DNA of 64,000 nucleotides from the NCBI GenBank assembly GCA_973895155.1, contig OZ316893.1, positions 8,805,839 through 8,869,838 of the forward strand, given 5' to 3'. This document shows positions 53,141-64,000 of this stretch, one piece after another (position 1 is the first letter of the stretch; each line of letters begins with the position of its first letter). Source of the DNA: Marsupella aquatica. Taxonomy: Eukaryota > Plantae > Marchantiophyta. The notes under the pieces were generated by a model, which saw nothing but the letters and a program-made list of their open reading frames with translations, did not search any database and had not been told where the DNA came from. Position numbers and translations under genes: made by a program.

Positions 53141-53650
53141 ATTAGTGGCTAAGGAACATGCAACACCACTGAAGAAATCAAAGAAGTCCAAGAAATCAAG
53201 TTCTGTTCCTAGAAGTCCAAGAAATCAAGTTCTGTTCCTGTCTCGCCTAGTGTACATCGTGTACCAGTAGTCTCTCCAAACCCAACGGCAAAGGTAATGA
53301 AATTGTATTATTTTTTTGCATAGTAAGTTTCAGTTGTGTTGTCTCTCTATCTGTTTTGTATCAGTAAATACTAATTGAAGTGTGGTTGACATTAACAGTT
53401 TATGCGAGGAGATGCTGTTGAGTTAAGAAGCATTGTGGACCGCTTTGTACTTGCATTGGCTCAAGTTACAGGGCTGCCAGGAGAAGATCGGTTTCATTGT
53501 GCCTCGTTTGAGAGTCCTTTTATTCGTGTAAGTGTGAAGGAAGTGTTTTGTCCTGAAGCGGCTTTGCCAATTCCAAATGCAAAGGAGAAGCAAATATGTT
53601 TAGGGGATGTGAAAGGGATGAATGCTTTATGGAATTATAGATACCTTTGA
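53141..53650 (+). pseudogene. 3' relic of a CACTA TnpA/ORF2-like gene with one Tnp1/En-Spm-like domain
   Basis: An exon ending AAG|GTAATG (53293) splices in phase to TTAACAG|TTTATG (53399). It encodes VELRS..FVLALAQV....FH......VSVKEVFCPEAALPIP......LGDVKGMNALW. A 29-bp duplication (53182-53239) frameshifts the upstream exon. Confidence 0.6.
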
Positions 53651-53994
53651 AAGTATTAGATTGTAGATCAGGCCAGCTCTCTTGAAATTTTGGTCTCAAT
53701 TTTGTTGAAGTGTACATGAAAAGAACATCTTCATCTATGTTATTTGCAGAGTTATAGACTTCTGCGGAACAGTGAGGTGTTTTTTGTGTACAGTTTGTCC
53801 ACTAAAGGCAATATATAGTAAATATTTTTGTATTTCATTCATATGATTCTGAAATGTAGCACAGTCTCTTGGTATGATGGCATGGTCATAGAGTTGACAT
53901 TGTTGTTCAGAGGACCTTCTCAAATTGTTGCGAAAGCATTTTTGGATGTGAGTCTCTTGTTCTTCAGTCTCTTGTCCCTAAACCCTAAACCCAA

Positions 53995-54750
53995 TGTGAC
54001 AATCTAAATGATATCTTCTATGACGCCTTGGATGTATTATCGAAATGACACCTTAAATGACACTTGCAATGGACTACCAAAATGACATTATAATTTGGCT
54101 ACCAAAATGACAATACAATTGACTACCCATATGACTACACGTGTAATATTGTCTTTATCTATGTCTTTGTCATTTAGATAGTTACTCAAATATGTCTAAA
54201 ATGACTCCATGTGTCAAATTAGCATTTGCCAACGTTTGGTCAAATGGCTTGTCATTTCGGATATCCTAATGACTGCACGTGGCCCATTGTTATTCATTGT
54301 TATTCTGTCATTTCTTATGTCATTTTGTCACTTCGTATGTCCAAAATGACTTAAAATTCATTAACTTAAAGGGTCACAATCCACCACGTGGCGCACTCTC
54401 ATTTGTTCTATATTTTACGTCATTTATGACTTGTCTTATATGACTCGTTAAATAGTCACATCGATGAGCATTTTGACGCCACGTGTTGTGATACTATTAG
54501 TTAATGTTGCGTCATTTAAGACGTCTCTAAATGACTGACGGCCGTCTAACTAGTCATTTCGGATTTGTAGTCATTATGGACTTTCTGTCATTTATGCAAC
54601 GCTTTAAATGACCAAAGTAGTTTTAGTCATTTGTCACGAATGACTGTGACTAAAATGTCCGTTAGTATTCGACCGGAAAGACTGTTTTGGACCAGTCATT
54701 ACTTGGTAAAAATGACTGGGTTTTTAGTCTTTGTTGCAGTCTTTTAGAAC
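53995..54750. repeat. Right CACTA subterminal repeat region
   Basis: Dozens of AAATGAC/GTCATTT motifs in both orientations inside the right TIR. Confidence 0.85.
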
Positions 54751-56673
54751 CCTATTTTGTACTAGTGCTCAGAGATTTGTGAGTAAGAGACTCTACATAT
54801 GAGAAAGGTAATGAGGCCACACTTGAAGAAGATCTGAGAATAGAAGAGTACAACACATACTTGCATTTGGTACTGACACAAGAATGAACTTATGATCCCC
54901 GAATGGGAAGCTACCCACACAAGGACCACAAAATGGAGGGCTTGCAACAATCATTGCACTCTGAGGAGTACAAGTTTGATGATAATTGTACAGAAAGGCC
55001 CACTATCAATCCTTCAGTTGAAGAGAAGGGAGAACAAGATCAACATAATACTGTGAATTGCTTGGATGATGCCATCCTAGAGACGGTGATAGAAATTTTT
55101 TCAGTTCTGCCTTGAGCATCACAAAAGTAAGCATTGCTTGTCAAAAGAGAGTTTTGAAAATATGCTTTTGTGGCATGAACAAAGACCAAGATTCCACTAA
55201 CATTGTTGAGAATTCTATAGATGATAGGGTCGGGGATTATTGTTGGCAAGATTGTTCTATTTAGCCGGTTGTGAATGGAACGCAGGTGAAAATGGGATGG
55301 CTGCACCACAAACTTGGGATTATCTCATGGAAGTATACGAGATGAATGGAATGATTGTTGCTGATAAATGGCTAATATGCACAGGAGAAGTAGGAGTTGA
55401 GCATACTCCAAATGAATAGTTTTTAATTATTAAGCTCTTAGATGAATACGTACACCATATGCCCTTTTGAAGGTTGTGGAATTGAGAAATCCAAATCTTG
55501 CACATTCATTTATTTTCCACTAGCAAAAATCTTCATTTTGCTTTTTCAAAGCCAAACCTTTTGCTATGATATTCTACATACATGTGGCAAAATCGATCAG
55601 AATGGCTACCCAAGTTGGAACAAAGACCATTTCATATATCTGATGAGTTTTGGCATATATGGAACCAAAATGCAAGGGCACAAGCACTTCTGGGATCCAT
55701 ATATTATTTGGCAGAAACCATTGATCTATCCCAATGTCAAGTGCCGAAAGGCTTATTGAGTATGGCCATCCATTTGTGAAGAGCTAGAGAATGAGGAGAA
55801 CTTTGACATGGAAACCGGATTCTATCACTTTCCATGTGTTGATTGCGCCACAAAGATTTACCTAAAAGCCAAGGATAGATTGTCACCTGCTTATCAAATG
55901 ATTTACACGACAAATACGTATTTACTCCTACTAAAATCGTTTGTTATCGTATGACGGGAACGTGGAGGGACGCTATTAGGATTCTATTGCATGTAGGATG
56001 AGTATGTTTATTTTCGCTCCCGGAAATGTAGTTTTTGATCAAGTCTACCGACTAGTCCCACTGCTTTTGATCAAGTCCCATGGACTACGCCATACACACA
56101 CTCCTATTGGTCGCTGGTGGAGTGCTGTCACCACCCCCCCTTCTCACATGGTCGACTAATCCGTGCAAGTATTCTTTAGACACTTCTTGGGGAAAGAACA
56201 CAATCGTGAACCAGAAAAAATAACGCCACACCAAAACTTGAGGAATCAAACCAAATCCATATCTTTTGGCAAAACGTCGTAACACATTGCAAGGACAACC
56301 CGGCCTCTTGCCGTCTGCCCAACTACTGCCTCACTGGGGCAAGTGCTACACCTCTACCTCACTACTCTGGCTTGATTCCCTCTTCTGGCTATGAGCTGAC
56401 TTCCCAAAGCAAACACTATCTGACTGAGTTCCCCCCTGCTCACTACGGGGCTCCCCCCTAAATACCAAAAAAAAAACACCAAAGCACCCCTCACGGAGTG
56501 GCAACAACGGCGGCAACCCTAGCGGCGCCGCCAAAAACATCTAAGAGATAAACTAACCTAGAAAGCATGCGGCACACACACGCTGTGAAAAACCCTAGTC
56601 CACTACGGTACCATCAGTGCCTTCGCCAGTACTAACATCCAAACCGTAGTGTACTAAAAGCAAGGGTCCTCCA

Positions 56674-58814
56674 CTAGTCTTCACCGGACTCACTTACTGA
56701 ACCAGGGCTCCACCCCCTGGAATCCTGACCTCCACCGCTTTCCCCAGAAGTGGAGGCACCACTCCTAACCTGCCGTACCAAGGGAGTCCGACCGGAAGTG
56801 CTCCGCCTCCTCAATGCAGCCAAGGCTTGCCAAGCCTTCACATAACCCTGGCTAATAGTGTCCTTCCATAAAGCAGCCTCTTCACCTCCCTGCAACTGCA
56901 AAGGTAAGACCTGGCCGGTAGCCAGAGGAGTCCCCGGGTTTATGGATCGGGGTGGCATCCCCGGCATCGTGACTCCATGACTCGGTGGAGCCTCCGCTGG
57001 TAATGATGAGGGTGATGAAATGTTGGCACCGTGACTAATTGATACGGTGGTAGTGGGACTAGCAGATACGGTGGCACTGTGACTAGCTTGGGTTTCCCGT
57101 GATGACTTACGGGTCTCCCGCAACTGTTTCTCCAACATCTTACTCTTCTCCTTCTCCTTCTTGGCCGCTTCCAACATTGGTCCGTACCGTTGAGTTACTT
57201 CTCTTACCACCATCTCAATGGCTTTTGAGATCAAATCTAGGGAGAGGGTAGGGCTAGAGGGAGAGGGGCTCTTCCTCTTCCCCAGCCTGAGCAACATGTC
57301 GTTCCTCTTGGCCCTGGTCTCAAGGAGTCCAACTTGACCCCGTAACTCCACAACTTCCTTCTTGAGCCTCTCTACCTCACCAGTGTCCCACTTGAGCTTG
57401 GCCAATTCATCCCTCAAAACCCCCACCTCCAGCGCCTCCTTAGCCTTAGTAGATAAGGCTCCTTCCAACTGTAAAACCTGAACATGTGACTCCTTGAGCG
57501 ACCTCCCTTGCTCTTGAATCACCACCTCTTTTGCCTGACCACCTCCTTCAAGGCCTGATTACTTACTTGTAACATTTCCACCTTGGCTTGGGCTTGGCTG
57601 ATAGCCTCCTTCAAGGTTCGGCACAACTTAAGCCCCTCATGCACTCCATCACAAAAATCATGTAATTCGGCCAAGTACACCTCGGGCACATCGTACTCTA
57701 GAGACTCCTCTAGGTTCCCCACAAGTGACTCCAACCACTCCATAACGCTATCCTCATCTGGGTCATCTTCCGTAGTAGGTTGGTCTATTGGCTCAGACGG
57801 TGGCCCCTTCACTAGGCTTCCTAATATGGTGGTGGCTATCCTCCGTATTTCTGTGGTGAATGGTGGCACCGTTTCTCCTCCAATTCCCGGTGAGGGGAGA
57901 AGCCCTTCCTTCCTGGCCAATAGGAAAGACCCCATCAAGTACATGCCTCCTCCCGTCTTCACACTCTTAGGATCCATGGCCAATGACTTCCTCATCCCGA
58001 AATACCACCATCCGTACATGTGACGTGGGTGAGTTTTGATGTCATTGGCAATAGCCAACTGATCGCCACTCACCGTCCCTGATTGCCCCCGACCAAGTAC
58101 TCGCTGGTGTACCTTGGCCACAAACACCTTGTACGCTAGATCCTTGAACGTTGAGAGGGGAATGGTAGTTACGGAAATGGGGTCCCTTACCACCTCAGCT
58201 AGTTCTTCCAACGTGAAAACACCAGGTGGCTCTACTGGCTGAAACGTGAAGTCCTGGTCATCGAGAAATAAGAGCTTGGCCAACTCCACGTGAGGGATCA
58301 ACTACCTGTTACAATGAAAATAAATCCCCTCCGTACGGCACTCCAATCCAGCCGCAATGTCCCAAGTCCTATCGGGGGGAATCATAATCTCTACACCCAT
58401 GAAGTTGGTGAACCCTGTAGCCTGAAAAATCTCCTTGCCCTCTTCCATCACCTTGGCAGAAGTGCGGGGGTATACCCTACGGAAAATCTTCCGTACAACC
58501 GTAGTGCTAGGCGTTCCGGATCCGGTACTCATGGCTGCTGACCGTCGTTTCTCTCCCTCCTCCCTAATTTGTGTGGCAATGTAATCCCGGTAAGCAGCCT
58601 TGTATTGACGAATACGGGCTGTACTAAACTCAGGTGGATCACACATCCATACAAAAAAAATTCTACTATCACCACGATTCCCGTCACACCGTACAGTTCC
58701 TGGCCCATATAGCCCCCGTACCATGATCTGGAGTCCACTCTTAATTCCCTTCCAAGAGTCAACCACTGCCCGTCCCGGATGTCCAAATAACAATAACCAC
58801 CGAGATCTAACCAT
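56674..58814 (-). pseudogene. Disrupted ~710-codon ORF resembling accessory ORFs of Ty3/gypsy (Athila/Tat-type) retrotransposons, with a coiled-coil C-terminal half
   Basis: ORFs 58302-59012 and 57519-58301 share a frame and are separated by a single stop. 56674-57525 follows after a frameshift. A TATA-like TATAAGAAGG lies at ~58983 (-), with a pyrimidine-rich leader before ATG 58814. The family call rests on weak resemblance only. Confidence 0.45.
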
Positions 58815-59434
58815 CACCCAAGAGAGAGCTTGGGAAAGAAAAAAGAGTTGCAAGAGAGAAAGAGAGCTAAAAAAAAACAATTGGAAGAAATTGCTCAAGG
58901 CAAAGTGCTTTCGGCAATGGCAAAGCGGGAGAGAGAGGAGAGGAAAAAACAACATAGAAACCACTCCGAGCCTCCTTCTTATACTCCCGGCTCGCCCCGT
59001 TGGAGGGCTCACCTCCCTTTGGAGGTTCGCCCATACTTGCGCCCACGCTCGCCCCGGCAGCGCCTATTGGGGGGTTTAACCCCTTCCTTACTCCTACTTA
59101 GCCGTGCGCCTCCCGGCTCGCGCCCATCCCTGCATTGCCCACTCGCAGGCTCACCGGCTCACGGCCATACCTCCCATCTTCCCCTCAGCGCCCGGCTCGG
59201 CCTCCCTATTCACCCCATGGCCGGGGAAATTTAATTCTCCCCTCAACTCCTGCACGCGGCCCTATGCAGGGCTTGCGGAAGCCACCGTCATTCGCCCCTG
59301 CTCCTTCGTGCCCAGCCCGGCCACCGTGCGCCTCGCTATTGGGGGTTTTAAATCCCCCATTATCCTTCCATTTCCTCCCCGTGCGTCCACTCACGGGCTC
59401 ACCGGCTTGCGGCCATCCTGCATCGCCCATACTT

Positions 59435-59878
59435 GTGGTACCCTCACGGTACCCCCTTGCTCTCGGTACCCTCCCGGTACCCTCCACTCACGGTACCCCC
59501 TTGGTACCCCCTGGCACTCCCCGGCTCCTCCTGCCTTGGCTCCCGGTACCCTTGTGGTCTCGGTACCCTCCCGGTACCCTCCACTCACGGTACCCCCTGG
59601 CACTCCCCGGCTCCTCCTGCCTTGGCTCCCGGTACCCTTGGGGTCTCGGTACCCTCCCGGTACCCTCCACTCACGGTACCCCCTTGGTACCCCCTGGCAG
59701 TCCCCGGCTCCTCCTGCCTTGGCTCCCGGTACCCTTGTGGTCTCGGTACCCTCCCGGTACCCTCCACTCACGGTACCCCCTTGGTACCCCCTGGCACTCC
59801 CCGGCTCCTCCTGCCTTGGCTCCCGGTACCCTTGTGGTCTTGGTACCCTCCCGGTACCCTCCACTCACGGTACCCCAT
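59435..59878. repeat. 97-bp GC-rich tandem repeat, about 4.5 copies, built from GGTACC sub-repeats
   Basis: Unit GGTACCCTTGTGGTCTCGGTACCCTCCCGGTACCCTCCACTCACGGTACCCCCTTGGTACCCCCTGGCACTCCCCGGCTCCTCCTGCCTTGGCTCCC. One copy lacks an 11-bp sub-unit. More than 20 GGTACC sites. Confidence 0.95.
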
Positions 59879-61258
59879 CTGCAAGGCTTCGCGGTAGCAC
59901 CTAGACCAAGTATCGGGGAGTATTTTCTCCCCCCTTCTGCCGCTCACGTACCTGCCATACTTAATGGAGGGCTCGCCTCCCTATGGAGGCTCGCCCCCAA
60001 CTCACGCCCATGAGAAGGGCTCGCCACCTGCGCTCCCCCATTGCACGAGGCCCTAGGCAGGGCGCACCTCACTCCGCCACGCGGCTGTCTTGTGGCACGC
60101 GGCCCTATGCAGGGCACGCGCTCGTTTTATTTTGGGGGGGATTTAACCCCTCTGGCTCGACCCACTCGCGGGCTCACCTACAAAAAAAACTCCCTTGGTC
60201 CGTTGTTGTTTTTTCGTTCTTCCCCTAAACCTTGCTATTGGGGCCTCCAACACGGCCATAAATTAATGGGGAGTCCCCCAAAGCAGGGCCCTCCGCCCAA
60301 CACATTTGCAAAACAGTTGGGGGGGGGGGGGTAAAAATAGGTGCAGTACTCTGGTCACCAGTGACAGAATTAACTTTAAAAAATTTGAAAAAATGCTTAT
60401 TTACAATGTTTATTTACACTGCGCAACACTCCATGACCCATTATTCGTGATTTTGAGTGACGGGGACCCCGTCACATGGATCTATAGTGCTAAGTTATGT
60501 AGTAGATTAAGCAAATTACTATAGCAGAGCACACAAGTTCCTTCATTCATTGAGGGTACGTTTTACCAAATCAGAGTTGATCAATCCTCTTACTTAACTA
60601 GTCTATATCCGTTCGTCTACCAAAGATGAATGTGATTGAAGTTATTCTAATGAAATCCTACCTTGTGAGGGACAGGGTTCACCATTCAACATAGCTTTGA
60701 TGGGACATTGGGACGGCTTTCAAGCCGCAACCACTATCCAAGGACTGCTCGACAGTACGTGGAAATTACTTATTGTCCTGAGTGGTGGGAAAAAATACTA
60801 CTTGATTCCAAAATTGTTAAGTCTATTCCTCTACTTTTTATTCCTACCTCCTCTAAGTCATTACAAATAAAACAAGAACATCATCACTTGTGACACGGGC
60901 TGTTACAAGCTTTTTTGAATCAAATTCCCTTGGGCTGATTTTCAGAACAGTTTTGTCCATGGCTTCACTTTGAAGTTAGATTATCCGGTTCCCTCACTCA
61001 TGCTAGATAATCAAGACAGACAGGTACCCTTTGAGCTTGCCTTTCAGTAATATCCATGTTATGGACGGGTGATGGGCCAGCCCTTTATTGATGGGATACA
61101 ATGGTTGTATACACAGTCTATTGTATTGGAAAGCATTCTATCAAATACAGGAAAGAAAAAAGTAGTAACTATTTATAGTCAAAATAGAAAGCAGGTTCAA
61201 CTCCCACCAATCAATTAAAGGGATATAGAAGGCATGAATTATTTTGGCAAATGCTTAG

Positions 61259-61541
61259 CTTGGGGGTCTCACTGTATGGAGGCCTCCCCATCACCTGCAA
61301 GGCCTCGGGACCCCTAAAATGTAAGATTTTTTTTCAACCCTTATAAAGTTAGAATATTCTTAGAATGTTCAAAAAAACTGGTTAGAAGGACCCTAATGTT
61401 CTTATAAGTCTCAAAATTATTAAATAAACCCTATTGTTATTCTGAGAAATTTCTTAAGTTTTGCCTCTCAACCAATAAAATGACCTTAGTTATCTTTTGT
61501 CGCACGTGATGTGCCATTTTTGTGGAAATGAAACCCCCGGG
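61259..61541. mobile_element. MITE-like element, about 280 bp
   Basis: Ends CTTGGGGGTCTCAC ... ATGAAACCCCCGGG. Homologous to 36123-36422 and 26673-26806. Confidence 0.7.
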
Positions 61542-62340
61542 ATGCTTAAGAGAAGCTCACTGCCAATGAAGAACAAAACTTAGAGTACCAGAGACTGCAG
61601 AGTGGTTAGCTTGTCACACTATTCAAATATGTGGTACTTATATGATACTCATGGATTTGACATATCAATTGATTTAGTCAACAATCCCAGACACGCATTG
61701 AGCCTTGGCACTTGGGGTGTTCAAATTTTTTAATGATAGCCAGGTTGTTACAGTCTTGTAATGCTGTGGAGGTGGAGAAGTTGGTGAAGGTCTTACTGAT
61801 TGGTAAGTTGGACTAGGGGCTTGTTGGCCACATCCTCTCTACCTCAAAAATGTACTAGACATGGGAGTAGAGGTACTTTCATTGGCTAGAGCCTGTTGAT
61901 CAATCAAGTACGTGCCTACAAAGTTGGTGAGCATGAGTTGTTCAAAGCACCTTCTCCAGATGATGTCTTTAGTTTGCATGCTCTGGCAAAACATTCTGAC
62001 AGTTCTGGACCCTGTATTGTTTTCAAAAATAAATTTGAGAGGATATATTCACCACCATGAGATGGAAAGCACCAAAAAATTAGACCAACAGTTGTTTTTG
62101 AGACAGGACCAGTTAAAAGCTCCCACTTGACTACCCGGTCCATACAATAAATCAAGATATCTGATATATAGGAGAGTGCATTCAGGACAAAAGACAACTT
62201 CGAGGCTCATAATGAGCCTCCTGTACCTTTTCACCACCCGCTGCCCGCATTTTCTTCTCCTCGTTCATATTTTTTCTAAGTGTAAGTAGAAGGTGAATGA
62301 TCTCCACTTTTGGGTGGGGTGATTGACAAAAGTCGCACAT

Positions 62341-62412
62341 TGCCACTAGCAGGATTCGAACCGGGAACCTGCCCCGTGCCAGTGAGCTCCCTCTACCACC
62401 AAGACTAGGGGC
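62341..62412 (-). ncRNA. tRNA-like sequence (SINE head or tRNA pseudogene)
   Basis: 72 nt: acceptor stem GCCCCTA/TAGTGGC plus A (6 of 7 pairs), A-box TAGTCTTGGTGGTAG, B-box GGTTCGAATCC. The anticodon arm is imperfect (loop CTGGCAC). About 70 nt of body and an A-run follow. Confidence 0.55.
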
Positions 62413-62894
62413 AGCTGGTGTCCAGAATGACTCGCCCCAGGTATTTATCCTTATTCAAACGTCCGTAATACTGGGCAGCGGGCAGCAAGGTACGGGGCTA
62501 ATCAATGATAATCTCATTAATTAGCCTCGATCTTGAGGTTTGTCTCTAATGGAGAGTGCTAGCTAGGTGCAACGTGGATCATATCCACCATATTCTTGCA
62601 ATAATCGAGTGACTCCAAAATAGATTTTGGTCCACTTCTTGCTAAGAAGCCAGGAGCCAAAGCTTGTAAGACTTTTTATCAAATCGAGTCACTCAATCCT
62701 CAAACTGTCCATTTTAGCTACTTAATGAATTTGTCTTGCGTTCTTTGTGGTGTAATTGAAAGAGTCAAAGGTTGATAGGAGGTTAGTAGGTGCATGGTAA
62801 CCAGATGAAAAGTAATTCCACTTTGCATATATAGTACATTCTATGTACAACGATGTGAGCTAGTGGGGATTATGTGAGATGATGTAGCTATACT

Positions 62895-63177
62895 CCCGGG
62901 GTCCTCACTTCTTTTCTTCCGACCCATCACGCGCGAATAAGTATAAGGTTTTTTAATTTTTGTTGAAGAACATTAGATTATTTTAATCCAATTTTGAGAA
63001 TTATGAGAATCATAAGGTTTTTTTAAATCAAATATGAATTTTTTTGTTGAAATATTCTATTAAATTAGGGGTAAACAAATTACTAAAAAAAACTTTATTG
63101 ACTTAACTTATTAAGGTATTTATTTCCCCAAAACTTTGAGCGTGATATGGGACACCCCTTAAATTGAGGCCCCTGAG
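62895..63177. mobile_element. Possible divergent MITE related to the GGGGT-ended family
   Basis: Inverted ends GGGGTCCTCA ... TGAGGCCCC around an AT-rich ~280-bp core. Confidence 0.35.
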
Positions 63178-64000
63178 GCTGTACTCTTATTTGCAGTGTC
63201 ATAGAGTCATCAAAAGCATATCAATAGGAACAAAAATAAAAAAAAGTTGCTTTGAATGAATAATACAATGGCTATATGAACTTTTACATGAGGTTTGATC
63301 AGTTTGATACTACCAATTGCAATTAGCCTAACTGAGGTAGCCTCATTGACAAGCTCTTGAGCAAGTACATAGTTGGAGACTAGTACTTACCAAGAGCCAT
63401 TAGTGAATGTAGATGTCCCACAACCAGAACACTCAAACATTTTGTTTCACCTGAGTCGCATCCCTTCCATTGAGACCCATAGCTTTTCGCAAGTCATGAA
63501 AACTGCTCAGACGGACGTTGCTGACTCATTGCATTCATGGATACATTAACTCAACTTATCTTCCCACAGATCAAATTGGAAATTGCAAAGTAAGGGCATA
63601 GCTGCAATTGGAGGCACGGCCAGCTTCGGACATTGAAAGAATGGCTGTTTGCAGCAAGCACAACAAACCAGGGAACACTGATACCAGATGAAGCAGTGAT
63701 TTGACGGTCCATCTGTGCAAGAGCCTGCCCACAAAGATAGCAGAGACGTCAAATTGAAAGCCCATCGGCAGAGTCGATTGGAGCAAAGGAATAATCAGTA
63801 GTTGAAAGAATCTAGCAGCATGCTGGAGAAGGTTGGATCTCGACCTGTGCAAACATCTCAACCAGCCACTTGAGTATGTAGCCAATTCACCCACAAAGAT
63901 TTTGTGATACCTGGGCGACCCTAGAGGTGTTGTTGTGTGAATTTACCTGTCCACGTACGTTCGCTAATGGATCTGAGTGCTACCTGAGAACGATCCACCA

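Larger units (their letters stand above)
39350..54767. mobile_element. CACTA (En/Spm) element: non-autonomous outer shell of about 2.35 kb with a 13-kb nested insertion
   Basis: Left end CACTAGTAGAAAATGGGG (39350). Right end reverse complement CACTAGTACAAAATAGGG (ends 54767). Perfect 3-bp target duplication CTC (39347-39349, 54768-54770). Dense ATGAC/GTCAT subterminal repeats at both ends. Confidence 0.92.

Noticed and set aside
39350-54767. A single autonomous CACTA element
   Set aside because: The long transposase lacks CACTA TnpD motifs and lies inside a second TIR pair, so a nested structure fits better.
54771-55800. Short ORFs to the right of the CACTA element
   Set aside because: Fragmentary, with no recognisable motif.
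59104-60013. Long Pro-rich ORFs of 266 and 292 aa
   Set aside because: They arise from the stop-free GC-rich 97-bp tandem repeat, which is open in several frames.
63546-63894. ORFs at the right edge of the window
   Set aside because: No motif or splice structure that I can support, and the context is cut off by the window end.

Overview
This is eukaryotic land-plant nuclear DNA, with GT-AG introns and TTTAGGG motifs. A non-seed plant such as a liverwort is a guess, not shown. Three host genes are intact: an intronless mitochondrial-type IscA/ISA1 (18526-18900, +), an 8-exon pfkB/ribokinase-family kinase (24731-21062, -) and an 11-exon OTU deubiquitinase with a C-terminal SEC-C motif (33121-28351, -). 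The rest is mostly decayed LTR, MITE and SINE-like sequence. The highlight is a nested DNA transposon at 39350-54767. The outer element is a non-autonomous CACTA shell with CACTAGTA ends and a CTC target duplication. Inside it is a 13.1-kb element (40075-53140) with its own 24-bp TIRs and two divergent genes. One is a Sola1-like/DUF7869-type DDD transposase preceded by three Tnp1/En-Spm-like domains. The other is a spliced ~1,750-codon gene joining a ParB-like domain, a bacterial beta-class N4C/N6A DNA-methyltransferase-like domain and an FCP1/NIF HAD-phosphatase-like domain. The first introns of both genes hold about 35 copies of a 25-bp palindrome, TTGGATTCGGA-(CCA/TGG)-TCCGAATCCAA, a candidate parS-like site array. 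This copy has stops and frameshifts. All domain names come from motif recognition by eye, not database searches.
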